IMG/VR virus record: IMGVR_UViG_3300021579_000009
Span: 1 to 54,140 of that record
Length of the DNA stretch: 54,140 nucleotides
From: a virus
Lineage: Duplodnaviria > Caudoviricetes
Reading direction: 5' to 3' (one strand)
Numbering within the stretch: position 1 is the first letter of the stretch; the number at the start of each line of letters is the position of its first letter. The notes under the pieces were generated by a model. That model did not search any database, was not told the origin of the DNA, and saw only the letters and a program-made list of their open reading frames with translations. The position numbers and the translations under genes were made by a program. Positions 18,421 through 26,206 of the stretch are shown here, one piece after another.

Positions 18421-18610
18421 AATTCGTCCCTTTTTGGTCTCAATAATCACTCTTTCACGGTCAGTAACTAACACCTTTAGTGTGCCTGACTAGGGTGAAT
18501 CGATGACTCTTTTACATGCCCATGGCGACTCTTTTATGTACTCTCGCGATCCATCAATGAAGCTAATAGCACTCTCACGCTCTACATATAGAGCAACCAC
18601 GCCGCGCCCG

Positions 18611-18650
18611 TTACTAGGTTATTGTGCTCCGCACTTACTAGGTTATTGTG
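18611..18650. repeat. 16-bp direct repeat
   Basis: TTACTAGGTTATTGTG at 18611-18626 and 18635-18650. Confidence 0.85.
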
Positions 18651-18776
18651 TTGTTAGCCGAAAACCGTGCTAATCCTTAACAATTCTTTGCACACAAACG
18701 ATAGACACGGGCGCATACTCGCGCGCACGTACTACCTACACAGTACACCTAGCAGCCACTAATGAGGGCCAAGGCC

Positions 18777-18998
18777 ATGCGAGTCTACCTACATGCACAC
18801 ATTGAACGCCCGGATGGACGGCGCGAGTGTTTCCACACTAAAGAGATTCGGCAGTGGTATTACTTGCCATCCGGCAAGCTGCGAATCAAAACCGATTGGA
18901 TCGGCTGGCGCACGGTGCGCGATGCCGTGAAGTACCCGGACCGACAGATATTCGTGCGTGATGCGTGCACCCGCACACGCATCACAATTACAGAGTAA
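18777..18998 (+). CDS. Hypothetical early protein
   Basis: GAGG RBS shortly before ATG 18777; 73 aa. Confidence 0.55.
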   Translation: MRVYLHAHIERPDGRRECFHTKEIRQWYYLPSGKLRIKTDWIGWRTVRDAVKYPDRQIFVRDACTRTRITITE

Positions 18999-19004
18999 GT
19001 AGCA

Positions 19005-19211
19005 ATGACAAAGAAAGAACGGCAAGCCATCGCGGATGCGATCTATATCACACGCCGGGGCATTAGCCAGCGTACAGAGAATGCGTTAGTACGCGTTGCC
19101 GCCGACGTGGCGCTTGACTTGGCAACGCAAGAGCTAATAGCTTCCTTGAATATTCACGGCGACACACGGCGCGCATTTATCGCCGCGTGCGCTACAGGTA
19201 TAGAGAGGTAA
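19005..19211 (+). CDS. Hypothetical early protein
   Basis: 68 aa; MTKK..AIADAI ... FIAAC pattern seen in small phage early proteins. Confidence 0.6.
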   Translation: MTKKERQAIADAIYITRRGISQRTENALVRVAADVALDLATQELIASLNIHGDTRRAFIAACATGIER

Positions 19212-19216
19212 ACAAC

Positions 19217-19936
19217 ATGGTCACGATTAAACAATTGGACGGCTCAGTAATCCTTACACTAGAGCAGGATAGCTTGTACGGTGCGGACTTATCCAGTGCG
19301 GACTTATCCAGTGCGGACTTGTACGGTGCGGACTTGTCCAGTGCGGACTTATCCAGTGCGGACTTATCCAGTGCGAACTTGTCCCGTGCGGACTTATCCA
19401 GTGCGAACTTGTCCCGTGCGAACTTGTCCAGTGCGAACTTGTCCGGTGTGGACTTGTCCGGTGCGAACTTGTACGGTGCGAACTTGTACGGTGCGAACTT
19501 GGCCGGGGGGAACTTGTCCGGTGCGAACTTGTCCGGTGCGAACTTGTCCGGTGTGGACTTGTACGGTGCGAACTTGTCCAGTGCGAACTTGTCCAGTGCG
19601 AACTTGTCCGGTGCGAAAAACGTCCCTGCGCTCGCTGCAGCTCAGACACTTATTGCGGGTGAGGGTGTCTTGATTGGTTGGAAAAAGTTACAAGGCGGAA
19701 CTATCTGCAAACTACGTATTCCGGCGAAAGCTGCGCGCAGTAATGCAACCGGGCGCAAATGCCGCGCAGCGTATGCCGTCGTGCTTGAGGGCGAGGGGGT
19801 ATCGCAGCACGACGGCAAGACGGTTTATACGGTAGGCAAACGCGTTGTAGCGGATAAATTCTGCCCGGACCGTTGGCAAGAATGCGCGGGCGGTATCCAT
19901 TTCTTTTTAACCCGTGAAGAGGCGGAGGCATACTAA
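19217..19936 (+). CDS. Pentapeptide-repeat protein with a C-terminal DUF5758-like domain
   Basis: 23 LxxA(D/N) units followed by IGWKK, L.IPA.A.RS.ATGRKCRA and EC.GGIHFFLTREEA; GAGG RBS before ATG 19217. Confidence 0.9.
   Translation: MVTIKQLDGSVILTLEQDSLYGADLSSADLSSADLYGADLSSADLSSADLSSANLSRADLSSANLSRANLSSANLSGVDLSGANLYGANLYGANLAGGNLSGANLSGANLSGVDLYGANLSSANLSSANLSGAKNVPALAAAQTLIAGEGVLIGWKKLQGGTICKLRIPAKAARSNATGRKCRAAYAVVLEGEGVSQHDGKTVYTVGKRVVADKFCPDRWQECAGGIHFFLTREEAEAY
19274..19615 (+). repeat. 15-bp tandem repeat (~23 copies) encoding the pentapeptide array
   Basis: Unit approximately TTGTCC(A/G)GTGCG(A/G)AC. Confidence 0.95.
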
Positions 19937-19937
19937 T

Positions 19938-20132
19938 ATGTGCACATTCATGCAACGCCGATTGATTCAGCTTGCCACCGAACGCGGCGTGCAAGCATGG
20001 CCCGACACGTACACCGATGCGGGTGTTGTGATCGGCGCGCAAACCGGCCCGGACTCGTACGAGTTCGAGACGGTGTTTGACGCGGAGGCATTACGCAGCT
20101 TTGCTTGTGCCCTGCAAAAGACAAGCGTATAA
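19938..20132 (+). CDS. Hypothetical protein
   Basis: 64 aa; starts 1 nt after the previous stop; GGAGG upstream. Confidence 0.5.
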   Translation: MCTFMQRRLIQLATERGVQAWPDTYTDAGVVIGAQTGPDSYEFETVFDAEALRSFACALQKTSV

Positions 20133-20167
20133 ATTTAGTTCGAGCAGCCATCAATGAGGGTTAGAAC

Positions 20168-20806
20168 ATGCGCGAAAAGACAATCAAGCTTTACAACTAC
20201 GCCGAGCTATCAAGCGAGGCGCAAGCGCGCGCCCGCGATTGGTATCGCGAAGGCATCGCACACGATGACAATTACGTCGAAGGTGTTTACGAGATAGCCG
20301 CCGATGCTGCTAAGTTATTCGGCTTCGACATATACCAACGGCGCGTTAAGCTTATGAATGGGGACCATCGCTACGCACCGGCCATCTTTTATAGTGGTTT
20401 TTGGTCACAAGGTGACGGTGCATGCTGTGAGGGCTCATGGCGCGCAATTGACGTGCAGGTAGGCGCAACGGCTAAAGAGTTCCCTCAAGACGAAGAACTA
20501 AAGCGCATTGCGTCGTTTTTTGAATTCATCGCGCCGCTATATCCTACCGCGCGCTTCTCCGTAAAGCATCGCGGACGCTACTATCATTCAAGTTGCACGG
20601 AATTCGACATTGAGCTATTTGACGGCGACGAACAGGCACACGAGGCGATAACGATAGATCGTATTAAGAGCGAAGCACGGGCATTCATGGATTGGATATA
20701 CGCCCGCCTTGGGGCCGATTGGGATTTTCAGAATAGCGATGAAGTAGTCGCGGAGAATATCATCGCTAACGGGTACGAATTCACGGCAGACGGCAAAATA
20801 GCGTAG
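20168..20806 (+). CDS. Conserved phage early protein
   Basis: Y...ELS..AQ.RARDWYR, FYSGFWSQGDGA and I.ANGYEFT.DG motifs; function unknown. Confidence 0.7.
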   Translation: MREKTIKLYNYAELSSEAQARARDWYREGIAHDDNYVEGVYEIAADAAKLFGFDIYQRRVKLMNGDHRYAPAIFYSGFWSQGDGACCEGSWRAIDVQVGATAKEFPQDEELKRIASFFEFIAPLYPTARFSVKHRGRYYHSSCTEFDIELFDGDEQAHEAITIDRIKSEARAFMDWIYARLGADWDFQNSDEVVAENIIANGYEFTADGKIA

Positions 20807-20815
20807 CGTTCACAA

Positions 20816-20844
20816 TTCACGCATGTACACGTAACGTGTACAAT
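20816..20844 (+). promoter_or_regulatory. Sigma70-like promoter overlapped by a palindromic operator-like site
   Basis: TTCACG-N17-TACAAT; perfect palindrome TGTACACGT-A-ACGTGTACA at 20824-20842. Confidence 0.55.
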
Positions 20845-20874
20845 CCCCAAAACTGAACATAGGAGCAAAGAGCC

Positions 20875-21495
20875 ATGAGCAAACAGAAAGAAGACCACGG
20901 TCACAGTAACGCACTCGCCGGATACAACAGCATTCGCGCGATGGTCGCGGCGTTGGAGGTTGACTACGACCGGCTTGAGGAATTGCGCGAGAAGCGCGAC
21001 GAACTACGCGAAGACATTAAGAGCGCGGAAGAGGCTCTTGCAGACGCGGAAAGTTCGGGCCTAGAAGGTGAGGTGGCCTTAGCCCGGCAATCGCTTGAAG
21101 AATGCAAGACCGCCGCTGCAATGAACTACAAAGACGATAGCGAAGAGTTAGAGCAACTCGAAAGTGCAGCAGGCGAGTGCAAAGACCAAGACGAAGCGCG
21201 CCAACGCATCGAAGAGGACGCACTAAGTGTGGAAGTTCGCAGCGATTGGTATACACCCGGGCAACTTAACGATGCTAGCACACCTAGCGAATTCAAAATT
21301 TTGCTAACCACGGGCGGGCCCGCGCTGCAAATGCGCGGCGAGTTGAACCAATATGGCGAACCTTCGCGCGCGTGGCTTGAGTATCAAGATTGGGGCACGC
21401 CGTGGACGCAGCTTGTGAACGACAGCGAAGGCAACGTAGTCGATCAAGACGTGCTACTAGCTTACGCACGTTGCTTTTACTTTGGGGAGGGGTGA
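20875..21495 (+). CDS. Conserved phage hypothetical protein
   Basis: Acidic coiled coil followed by LSVEVRS.W, ILLTTGGPA and LEYQDWGTPW; AGGAG RBS. Confidence 0.7.
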   Translation: MSKQKEDHGHSNALAGYNSIRAMVAALEVDYDRLEELREKRDELREDIKSAEEALADAESSGLEGEVALARQSLEECKTAAAMNYKDDSEELEQLESAAGECKDQDEARQRIEEDALSVEVRSDWYTPGQLNDASTPSEFKILLTTGGPALQMRGELNQYGEPSRAWLEYQDWGTPWTQLVNDSEGNVVDQDVLLAYARCFYFGEG

Positions 21496-21498
21496 GCC

Positions 21499-21687
21499 AT
21501 GCCGAGCGCACAACTTGACCCTATGGCCGTAGCGGTAGCGCTTCGTAACGCCAAGGCTGACTAATTGCCTGACGGTGATTGGTTCGGGGGTGACGTGCAG
21601 TTTGACCGCGCTTGTCGCGCGGTGGCCGCCTTACTACCGGTCAGCGATCAACAGACTTTCCTAGCCACATGTGGGATTCAGCCATGA
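21499..21687 (+). pseudogene. Small ORF interrupted by an in-frame TAA
   Basis: Reads MPSAQLDPMAVAVALRNAKAD*LPDG...TFLATCGIQP; GGAGG RBS; TAA at 21562-21564; terminal TGA overlaps the next ATG. Confidence 0.5.
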
Positions 21688-22112
21688 ACAAATACACAGT
21701 TACCTACTCACTACCCTATCGCCACGTTGTACAGGTAGGAATCAGCGCGAGCAGCAAGCAAGCGGCGGAAAACAAAGTGCGCAAGATGCTTGACACGGGC
21801 ACACTTTGGGACAATACCCCCGACGTGCCGTTACTCTTCGACGACTTCGAAGAACAAGACGCTAGCGAGCCACTACAGTTCGAAGCCGTGCGCGTGCGCG
21901 CGTTCCCTAAGAAAGACGCGAGCGTAAAGCAACACGAGCAAGACAACGCACTACGCGCATTCGTGGAACAACTCGCGCGCATGGAGACCGCGAGCGAATA
22001 CGATGAGCGCACGGACGGCGACGGGATGAGCGGAGACGATGCGGTAGACACTGTTTCATCGCTCATCGATGAGGCGCGAGCGTTGCTACATCCGGTGAAC
22101 CCCAATGCGTAA
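21684..22112 (+). CDS. Hypothetical protein
   Basis: 142 aa starting MNKYTVTYSL; ATGA-coupled. Confidence 0.65.
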   Translation: MNKYTVTYSLPYRHVVQVGISASSKQAAENKVRKMLDTGTLWDNTPDVPLLFDDFEEQDASEPLQFEAVRVRAFPKKDASVKQHEQDNALRAFVEQLARMETASEYDERTDGDGMSGDDAVDTVSSLIDEARALLHPVNPNA

Positions 22113-22206
22113 TCCCTTCGATTCTCCCACATGGCCCCTCACTGGCGCTTTGATCGTGGCGGCGTGCATCGCCCTCACGGCCTACAGCATCATCTTTGGC
22201 TTCTAG
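22105..22206 (+). CDS. Small membrane peptide (33 aa)
   Basis: MRNPFDSPTWPLTGALIVAACIALTAYSIIFGF; one hydrophobic helix; below the ORF-track cutoff. Confidence 0.45.
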   Translation: MRNPFDSPTWPLTGALIVAACIALTAYSIIFGF

Positions 22207-22236
22207 CATCCCCGACTAGCCTTGAAAGGTAAACCT

Positions 22237-22314
22237 ATGGATCCGCTCGCGCTTGGCATTCTTGCCGCTGTAGCCCTGGTAACGCTGTATGCTTTCTATA
22301 AACCGAGAGAATAG
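22237..22314 (+). CDS. Small membrane peptide (25 aa)
   Basis: MDPLALGILAAVALVTLYAFYKPRE; AAGGT RBS. Confidence 0.5.
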   Translation: MDPLALGILAAVALVTLYAFYKPRE

Positions 22315-22326
22315 CATCCCCGACGC

Positions 22327-22355
22327 TTGACAGACTAATGGTGACAAAGTACGCT
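22327..22355 (+). promoter_or_regulatory. Sigma70-like promoter
   Basis: TTGACA-N17-TACGCT. Confidence 0.65.
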
Positions 22356-22391
22356 ATAGCCAGGGCTTAATACCCCTGGCTATTTTTATTT
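22356..22391 (+). terminator. Rho-independent terminator
   Basis: ATAGCCAGGG-cttaatac-CCCTGGCTAT-TTTTATTT. Confidence 0.75.
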
Positions 22392-22405
22392 AAAGAGGCG
22401 AGAGC

Positions 22406-22669
22406 ATGTACCACATTAGCAAAACCAAAGCACCACACCCGGGCGCCCGCTACGCCCACATCAGTAAGACATGGCGCGTTTTAAAAGACGGGCGTATGGT
22501 GTTTAACCCCGGCGAGACCTACAACGCCGGCATTAATGCTGAGAAGCGCGAAGCAGGCGCGTCGAAAGTAAAGCGTTACTCGCCGTGGGCCTGCCGTCGA
22601 GTGCTTCGTAATTCAGCCTCAAGATTGGTGCTACTAGAAGCGCGTGCACGACGTCGTCGAGCTGTGTGA
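22406..22669 (+). CDS. Basic hypothetical protein
   Basis: 87 aa; GAGG RBS. Confidence 0.55.
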   Translation: MYHISKTKAPHPGARYAHISKTWRVLKDGRMVFNPGETYNAGINAEKREAGASKVKRYSPWACRRVLRNSASRLVLLEARARRRRAV

Positions 22670-22782
22670 TGCGCGTCCTATTTTATATACTGGTAGGCGG
22701 GCTTGCATCAACGGCACTCTTTGAGCTTGCAAGCCTGCTTCATTTCCTGTATATCATCGTCTCAATAGGGCTGTCGAAGTGA
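22669..22782 (+). CDS. Small membrane peptide (37 aa)
   Basis: MRVLFYILVGGLASTALFELASLLHFLYIIVSIGLSK; TGATG and GTGA overlaps with neighbours. Confidence 0.5.
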   Translation: MRVLFYILVGGLASTALFELASLLHFLYIIVSIGLSK

Positions 22783-22994
22783 GTACGTTTAAACTTCCGC
22801 CAGGGGTAGATATCCGTGGCCCGTATGAGAAACAACTCAACGTTAACCGGTTGAAGAAACGAGTAGAGGGCTACAAACGTGAAAGATCTACTAGAAGAAC
22901 TGGCGTTTTGGATGTTGCGAGTAATGCTGAAAATGCTACTCGCCGTGATGGTTATTATCTTTGGCTGGCTAGTACTCTGCGCGTTAGTGATTGA
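22779..22994 (+). CDS. Hypothetical protein
   Basis: 71 aa; GTGA-coupled start, but its 3' half overlaps another plausible ORF. Confidence 0.35.
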   Translation: MSTFKLPPGVDIRGPYEKQLNVNRLKKRVEGYKRERSTRRTGVLDVASNAENATRRDGYYLWLASTLRVSD

Positions 22995-23016
22995 CACAAA
23001 GCATACATGGATATGA
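22879..23016 (+). CDS. Small membrane peptide (45 aa)
   Basis: [45 protein letters not shown]; GAGG RBS; ATGA overlap with the next gene. Confidence 0.45.
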   Translation: MKDLLEELAFWMLRVMLKMLLAVMVIIFGWLVLCALVIDTKHTWI

Positions 23017-23216
23017 ATAATCCAGTGCTCGCAGTTGTTGCTAGCCGTCAACTACGGAAAGTAATTCATTCCGAGCCGGTGCTAATCGAGTTGTCGCGGC
23101 TGGCAACGAACGGCAAAAAGAATTGGACATTGGAGGAGTGGAAAGACTTGCTTTCTACTTTCGATTTGTGCGAGGATACCGTCGAAGAGTTCGTCAACAA
23201 ATTGTGGCTAGCATGA
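23013..23216 (+). CDS. Hypothetical protein
   Basis: 67 aa; ATGA-coupled to the recombinase gene. Confidence 0.55.
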   Translation: MNNPVLAVVASRQLRKVIHSEPVLIELSRLATNGKKNWTLEEWKDLLSTFDLCEDTVEEFVNKLWLA

Positions 23217-23848
23217 AGGCAATCGCATACACACGTGTTTCTACCCGCGAGCAAGGCAAATCTGGCCTTGGCTTGGAAGCACAGGTTGCTGCAATCAAAC
23301 GCTTCGCAGAACTCGAAGGCATTGAGATCGTGGCATGGATCGAAGAAGTTGAATCCGGCAAGGTAGTGTCGGACACCCTGAACAAGCGCCCTAAGTTGGC
23401 GGAAGCACTGCAGCTAGCCAAAGAACTTGATGGGCCTGTCGTTGTTGCTAAGCTGGATCGGCTTAGTCGCGATGTTCACTTCATCTCTGGCTTAATGGTC
23501 CAGAAAGTTCGCTTCATCGTGTGCGAACTGGGCAAAGATGTCGAGCCGTTTATGTTGCATCTATTTGCGACGCTCGCCGAGCGGGAGAGGGCGATAGTCA
23601 GCCAACGCACGAAGGCCGCACTCGGCGCGCTGAAGGCGCGCGGGGTAAAGCTGGGCAGCCGGCACCCAGATAAAGGGGCGCGAGCTCGCAGAGAAACGGC
23701 GCGCGCAAATGCTGAACAATTTAGGGCCTTGTATTCTGAATGCACACCGGGTACACTACGCGAAATCGCGGGCAGAATGACGATTCGAACAGGTCACAAC
23801 TGGACCGCTACCGGGGTTAAACGTCTAAAAGAGTATCTTGAATTGTGA
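23213..23848 (+). CDS. Small serine recombinase (resolvase/invertase family)
   Basis: [15 protein letters not shown] and AERER...QRTKAAL; 211 aa, so too short for a large serine integrase. Confidence 0.92.
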   Translation: MKAIAYTRVSTREQGKSGLGLEAQVAAIKRFAELEGIEIVAWIEEVESGKVVSDTLNKRPKLAEALQLAKELDGPVVVAKLDRLSRDVHFISGLMVQKVRFIVCELGKDVEPFMLHLFATLAERERAIVSQRTKAALGALKARGVKLGSRHPDKGARARRETARANAEQFRALYSECTPGTLREIAGRMTIRTGHNWTATGVKRLKEYLEL

Positions 23849-23890
23849 GTAATCTAACTGCGGAACAGAGAGTCATTAACTGAGGTATTT

Positions 23891-24544
23891 ATGAAAACTG
23901 ATTTGTGCGATGTGAGTTTTGTTCTTGACCGTTCCGGTTCTATGGAGTCGGTCCGCAATGACACGATTGGTGGCTTCAATGCGTTTATCGAAGCGCAGCA
24001 GAAGCTCCCAGGAGAATGCTTAGCGACGCTTGCCCAGTTCGACCACGACTACGAAGTAGTCTATTCCGGTAAGCCAATTAAAGACGTACCGAAGTTAACC
24101 GCCGAAACATTTGTGCCGCGCGGCTCTACAGCTTTGCTAGACGCAATAGGCCGTACGATCAACGAAACCGGGAAACGTCTTTCTGCCATGCCAGAAGCGG
24201 ATCGTCCCGGAAAAGTCATCTTCGTCATTCTTACCGATGGCGGAGAGAATGCGAGCAAAGAATTTAATCGCGAGCAAGTGTTTAAGATGATTAGTTTGCA
24301 GCGCGATACCTACAAGTGGGAAATCGTTTTCTTGGGTGCCAATCAAGACGCGATTAAGGTTGGCGGAAGCATTGGCGTTGCCGCTGCGTCGTCAATGACC
24401 TATGCATCGAATGCTCAAGGCACACAAGCGGTCTTCAAATCCGCGAGCAATTATGTATCTCGTGCGCGTGGTGGTGCCGTCAATCTTGCATTCACCGAAG
24501 AAGATCGGAAAGCGCAGGCTGCTGCGGGTGCTGCTAAGCCATGA
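23891..24544 (+). CDS. von Willebrand factor A domain protein
   Basis: MIDAS motif DRSGSM, G.TALLDA and ILTDG.EN.S. Confidence 0.9.
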   Translation: MKTDLCDVSFVLDRSGSMESVRNDTIGGFNAFIEAQQKLPGECLATLAQFDHDYEVVYSGKPIKDVPKLTAETFVPRGSTALLDAIGRTINETGKRLSAMPEADRPGKVIFVILTDGGENASKEFNREQVFKMISLQRDTYKWEIVFLGANQDAIKVGGSIGVAAASSMTYASNAQGTQAVFKSASNYVSRARGGAVNLAFTEEDRKAQAAAGAAKP

Positions 24545-24753
24545 GCAATGACTCTCTGACCTCTGAGAAACGCCTCTATCGCGTCCACATGCGATCAGTT
24601 CCAGGAATGTATGCGCAGTACGACGGACACGTCGATGTGTGGTCGGACGGAGATGACTTGTTTCTCGATGCAGTAAGAGAATTGCGCCGCACGTCTTTTC
24701 CGGATCGTCACGCCGATATGTGGCGCATGACAGGATCGGAGCTGATGCAATGA
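24541..24753 (+). CDS. Hypothetical protein
   Basis: 70 aa; ATGA-coupled. Confidence 0.6.
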   Translation: MSNDSLTSEKRLYRVHMRSVPGMYAQYDGHVDVWSDGDDLFLDAVRELRRTSFPDRHADMWRMTGSELMQ

Positions 24754-24784
24754 CCAACCACAACACCGCAGATCAGGAAGTCAC

Positions 24785-25510
24785 GTGAATGAGCTGGCAC
24801 TTTTTGCAGGGGGGGGCGGCGGAATCTTGGGAGCAAAACTCCTTGGATGGCGCACCGTCTGCGCTGTTGAGATTGATCCCGACGCGCGCGATTTGCTTAT
24901 CGATCGACAGCGAGACGGAATGCTGCCTAGATTTCCTATTTGGGATGACGTGCAGACATTCGATGGACGAGGCTGGGAGGGTCAAATCGACGTGGTTACG
25001 GGAGGGTTCCCGTGTCAAGACATCTCGCCAGCGGGAAGCCAACGAGGAATCGAGGGAGAGCGAAGCGGGCTGTGGTCACACATGGCTCGGATTATTGGCG
25101 AAGTACGACCCCGCTTCGTCCTCGTTGAAAATTCTTTCAACCTCCGCGGCAAAGGGCTCGAAAAAATCCTCTACGATCTTGCCAGCATGCGGTTCGATGC
25201 GGAATGGGTCCATATATCAGCGTGCGAAGTCGGTGCCCCACACGTGCGACGACGGATGTTCGTATTGGCCTACGCCAACGGCAACGATGGCCAAGAGCGG
25301 CTTCGGTCATGGGAAGCATTCCAAGGGCCGTTATCGTTCGAGTGTTCTACAGAGATGCGCAGCGATTGGCTGGGCAGCGTCGCCGGAAATGCTCGAAGCG
25401 GCGCAGGGCTGGCCGATCGGGTGGACCGCACGCGAATCATTGGCAATGGACAAGTTCCGCGAGTGGTTGCGACTGCATGGCAAACCTTACTACGACAGGC
25501 AACAACATGA
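24785..25510 (+). CDS. C5-cytosine DNA methyltransferase, alpha-like chain
   Basis: Motif I LFAGGGG, IV GGFPCQ, VI VENS, VIII PHVRRR and X IGNGQVP; no recognisable motif IX in this frame. Confidence 0.9.
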   Translation: MNELALFAGGGGGILGAKLLGWRTVCAVEIDPDARDLLIDRQRDGMLPRFPIWDDVQTFDGRGWEGQIDVVTGGFPCQDISPAGSQRGIEGERSGLWSHMARIIGEVRPRFVLVENSFNLRGKGLEKILYDLASMRFDAEWVHISACEVGAPHVRRRMFVLAYANGNDGQERLRSWEAFQGPLSFECSTEMRSDWLGSVAGNARSGAGLADRVDRTRIIGNGQVPRVVATAWQTLLRQATT

Positions 25511-25514
25511 ATGA
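24789..25514 (+). CDS. Overlapping +1-frame ORF, putative methyltransferase beta chain
   Basis: Open for 241 codons; contains WPTP.A and SPEMLEAAQGWPIGWT (motif IX-like). The true start is probably internal. Confidence 0.65.
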   Translation: MSWHFLQGGAAESWEQNSLDGAPSALLRLIPTRAICLSIDSETECCLDFLFGMTCRHSMDEAGRVKSTWLREGSRVKTSRQREANEESRESEAGCGHTWLGLLAKYDPASSSLKILSTSAAKGSKKSSTILPACGSMRNGSIYQRAKSVPHTCDDGCSYWPTPTATMAKSGFGHGKHSKGRYRSSVLQRCAAIGWAASPEMLEAAQGWPIGWTARESLAMDKFREWLRLHGKPYYDRQQHE

Positions 25515-25827
25515 CAATCTGACTCCCGATAAACCCGCAGATCAAAGACTCTATCGGAAGAAGCCGGTAGTGATAGAGGCTGTGCAATTCTTCAAACTTG
25601 GAGATCATCCGAAAGTTATCGAGGCCGTGAAGCGTCCAGATGGCGTGATCTTTTTGCACAACCAGATATGCGAGGACGGCGGCGCGGGGTATGTGCATAC
25701 GTTTGGGATTCTTACGCTAGAAGGCGCGTATGAGGTTTCGGTCGGCGATTGGATCATCACTGGCATTAAAGGCGAATGTTATCCGTGCAAGCCAGATATT
25801 TTCGAGGCTACCTATGAGCGCGTCTGA
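25507..25827 (+). CDS. Conserved phage protein
   Basis: YRKKPVVIEAVQF...TLEG...GDWII.G.KGE.YPCKPDIF..TYE. Confidence 0.8.
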   Translation: MNDNLTPDKPADQRLYRKKPVVIEAVQFFKLGDHPKVIEAVKRPDGVIFLHNQICEDGGAGYVHTFGILTLEGAYEVSVGDWIITGIKGECYPCKPDIFEATYERV

Positions 25828-26206
25828 CTCCCTGACTCCCGAATCGCTGCTTCCTTGTCCGTTTTGCGGCAAGATTCCCGATGTCGAAAATGGACTTGGG
25901 CACGAGACTCATGTTGTGTGCAGGACTCCAATGTGTGCGCTTGAGAGTGCTCCTTATTGCGACGAGCGTGCCTGGAACCGGCGAACCGCTTCTGAGACGC
26001 CAAGTGCTCATGCATCGGTTCTTTCCGCAAAGATGAATGCGTATTCAAACGCGATGGCAGAGTGTTTAAAGAGCGAACATCGGGATAGTGGAGCTTCGTC
26101 CGCGCGTACGTGCTTTGAAATTCGCGACGCCATAAATAAATTATTTATTGGCGTGATGAAAGAGCACGCTCAGCAACCTGTACCGACTGAAGGAACTAAA
26201 AAATGA
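25814..26206 (+). CDS. Lar-family (restriction alleviation-like) zinc-finger protein
   Basis: LLPCPFCG...C...C...AWNRR. Confidence 0.7.
   Translation: MSASDSLTPESLLPCPFCGKIPDVENGLGHETHVVCRTPMCALESAPYCDERAWNRRTASETPSAHASVLSAKMNAYSNAMAECLKSEHRDSGASSARTCFEIRDAINKLFIGVMKEHAQQPVPTEGTKK

Noticed and set aside
17586-18776. tRNA or known ribozyme in the large non-coding region
   Set aside because: No cloverleaf with a T-loop consensus and no hammerhead core were found by eye; tRNAscan-SE and Infernal would be needed to exclude them fully.
19254-19673. Repetitive ORFs on other frames (RTSSH and RTCPV repeats) and a possible CRISPR-like array
   Set aside because: These are shadow frames of the 15-bp pentapeptide repeat. 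The units are contiguous, with no unique spacers.
24809-24816. G8 tract in the methyltransferase as a phase-variation switch
   Set aside because: It is in frame and explained by the Gly-rich motif I; there is no evidence of length variation without reads.
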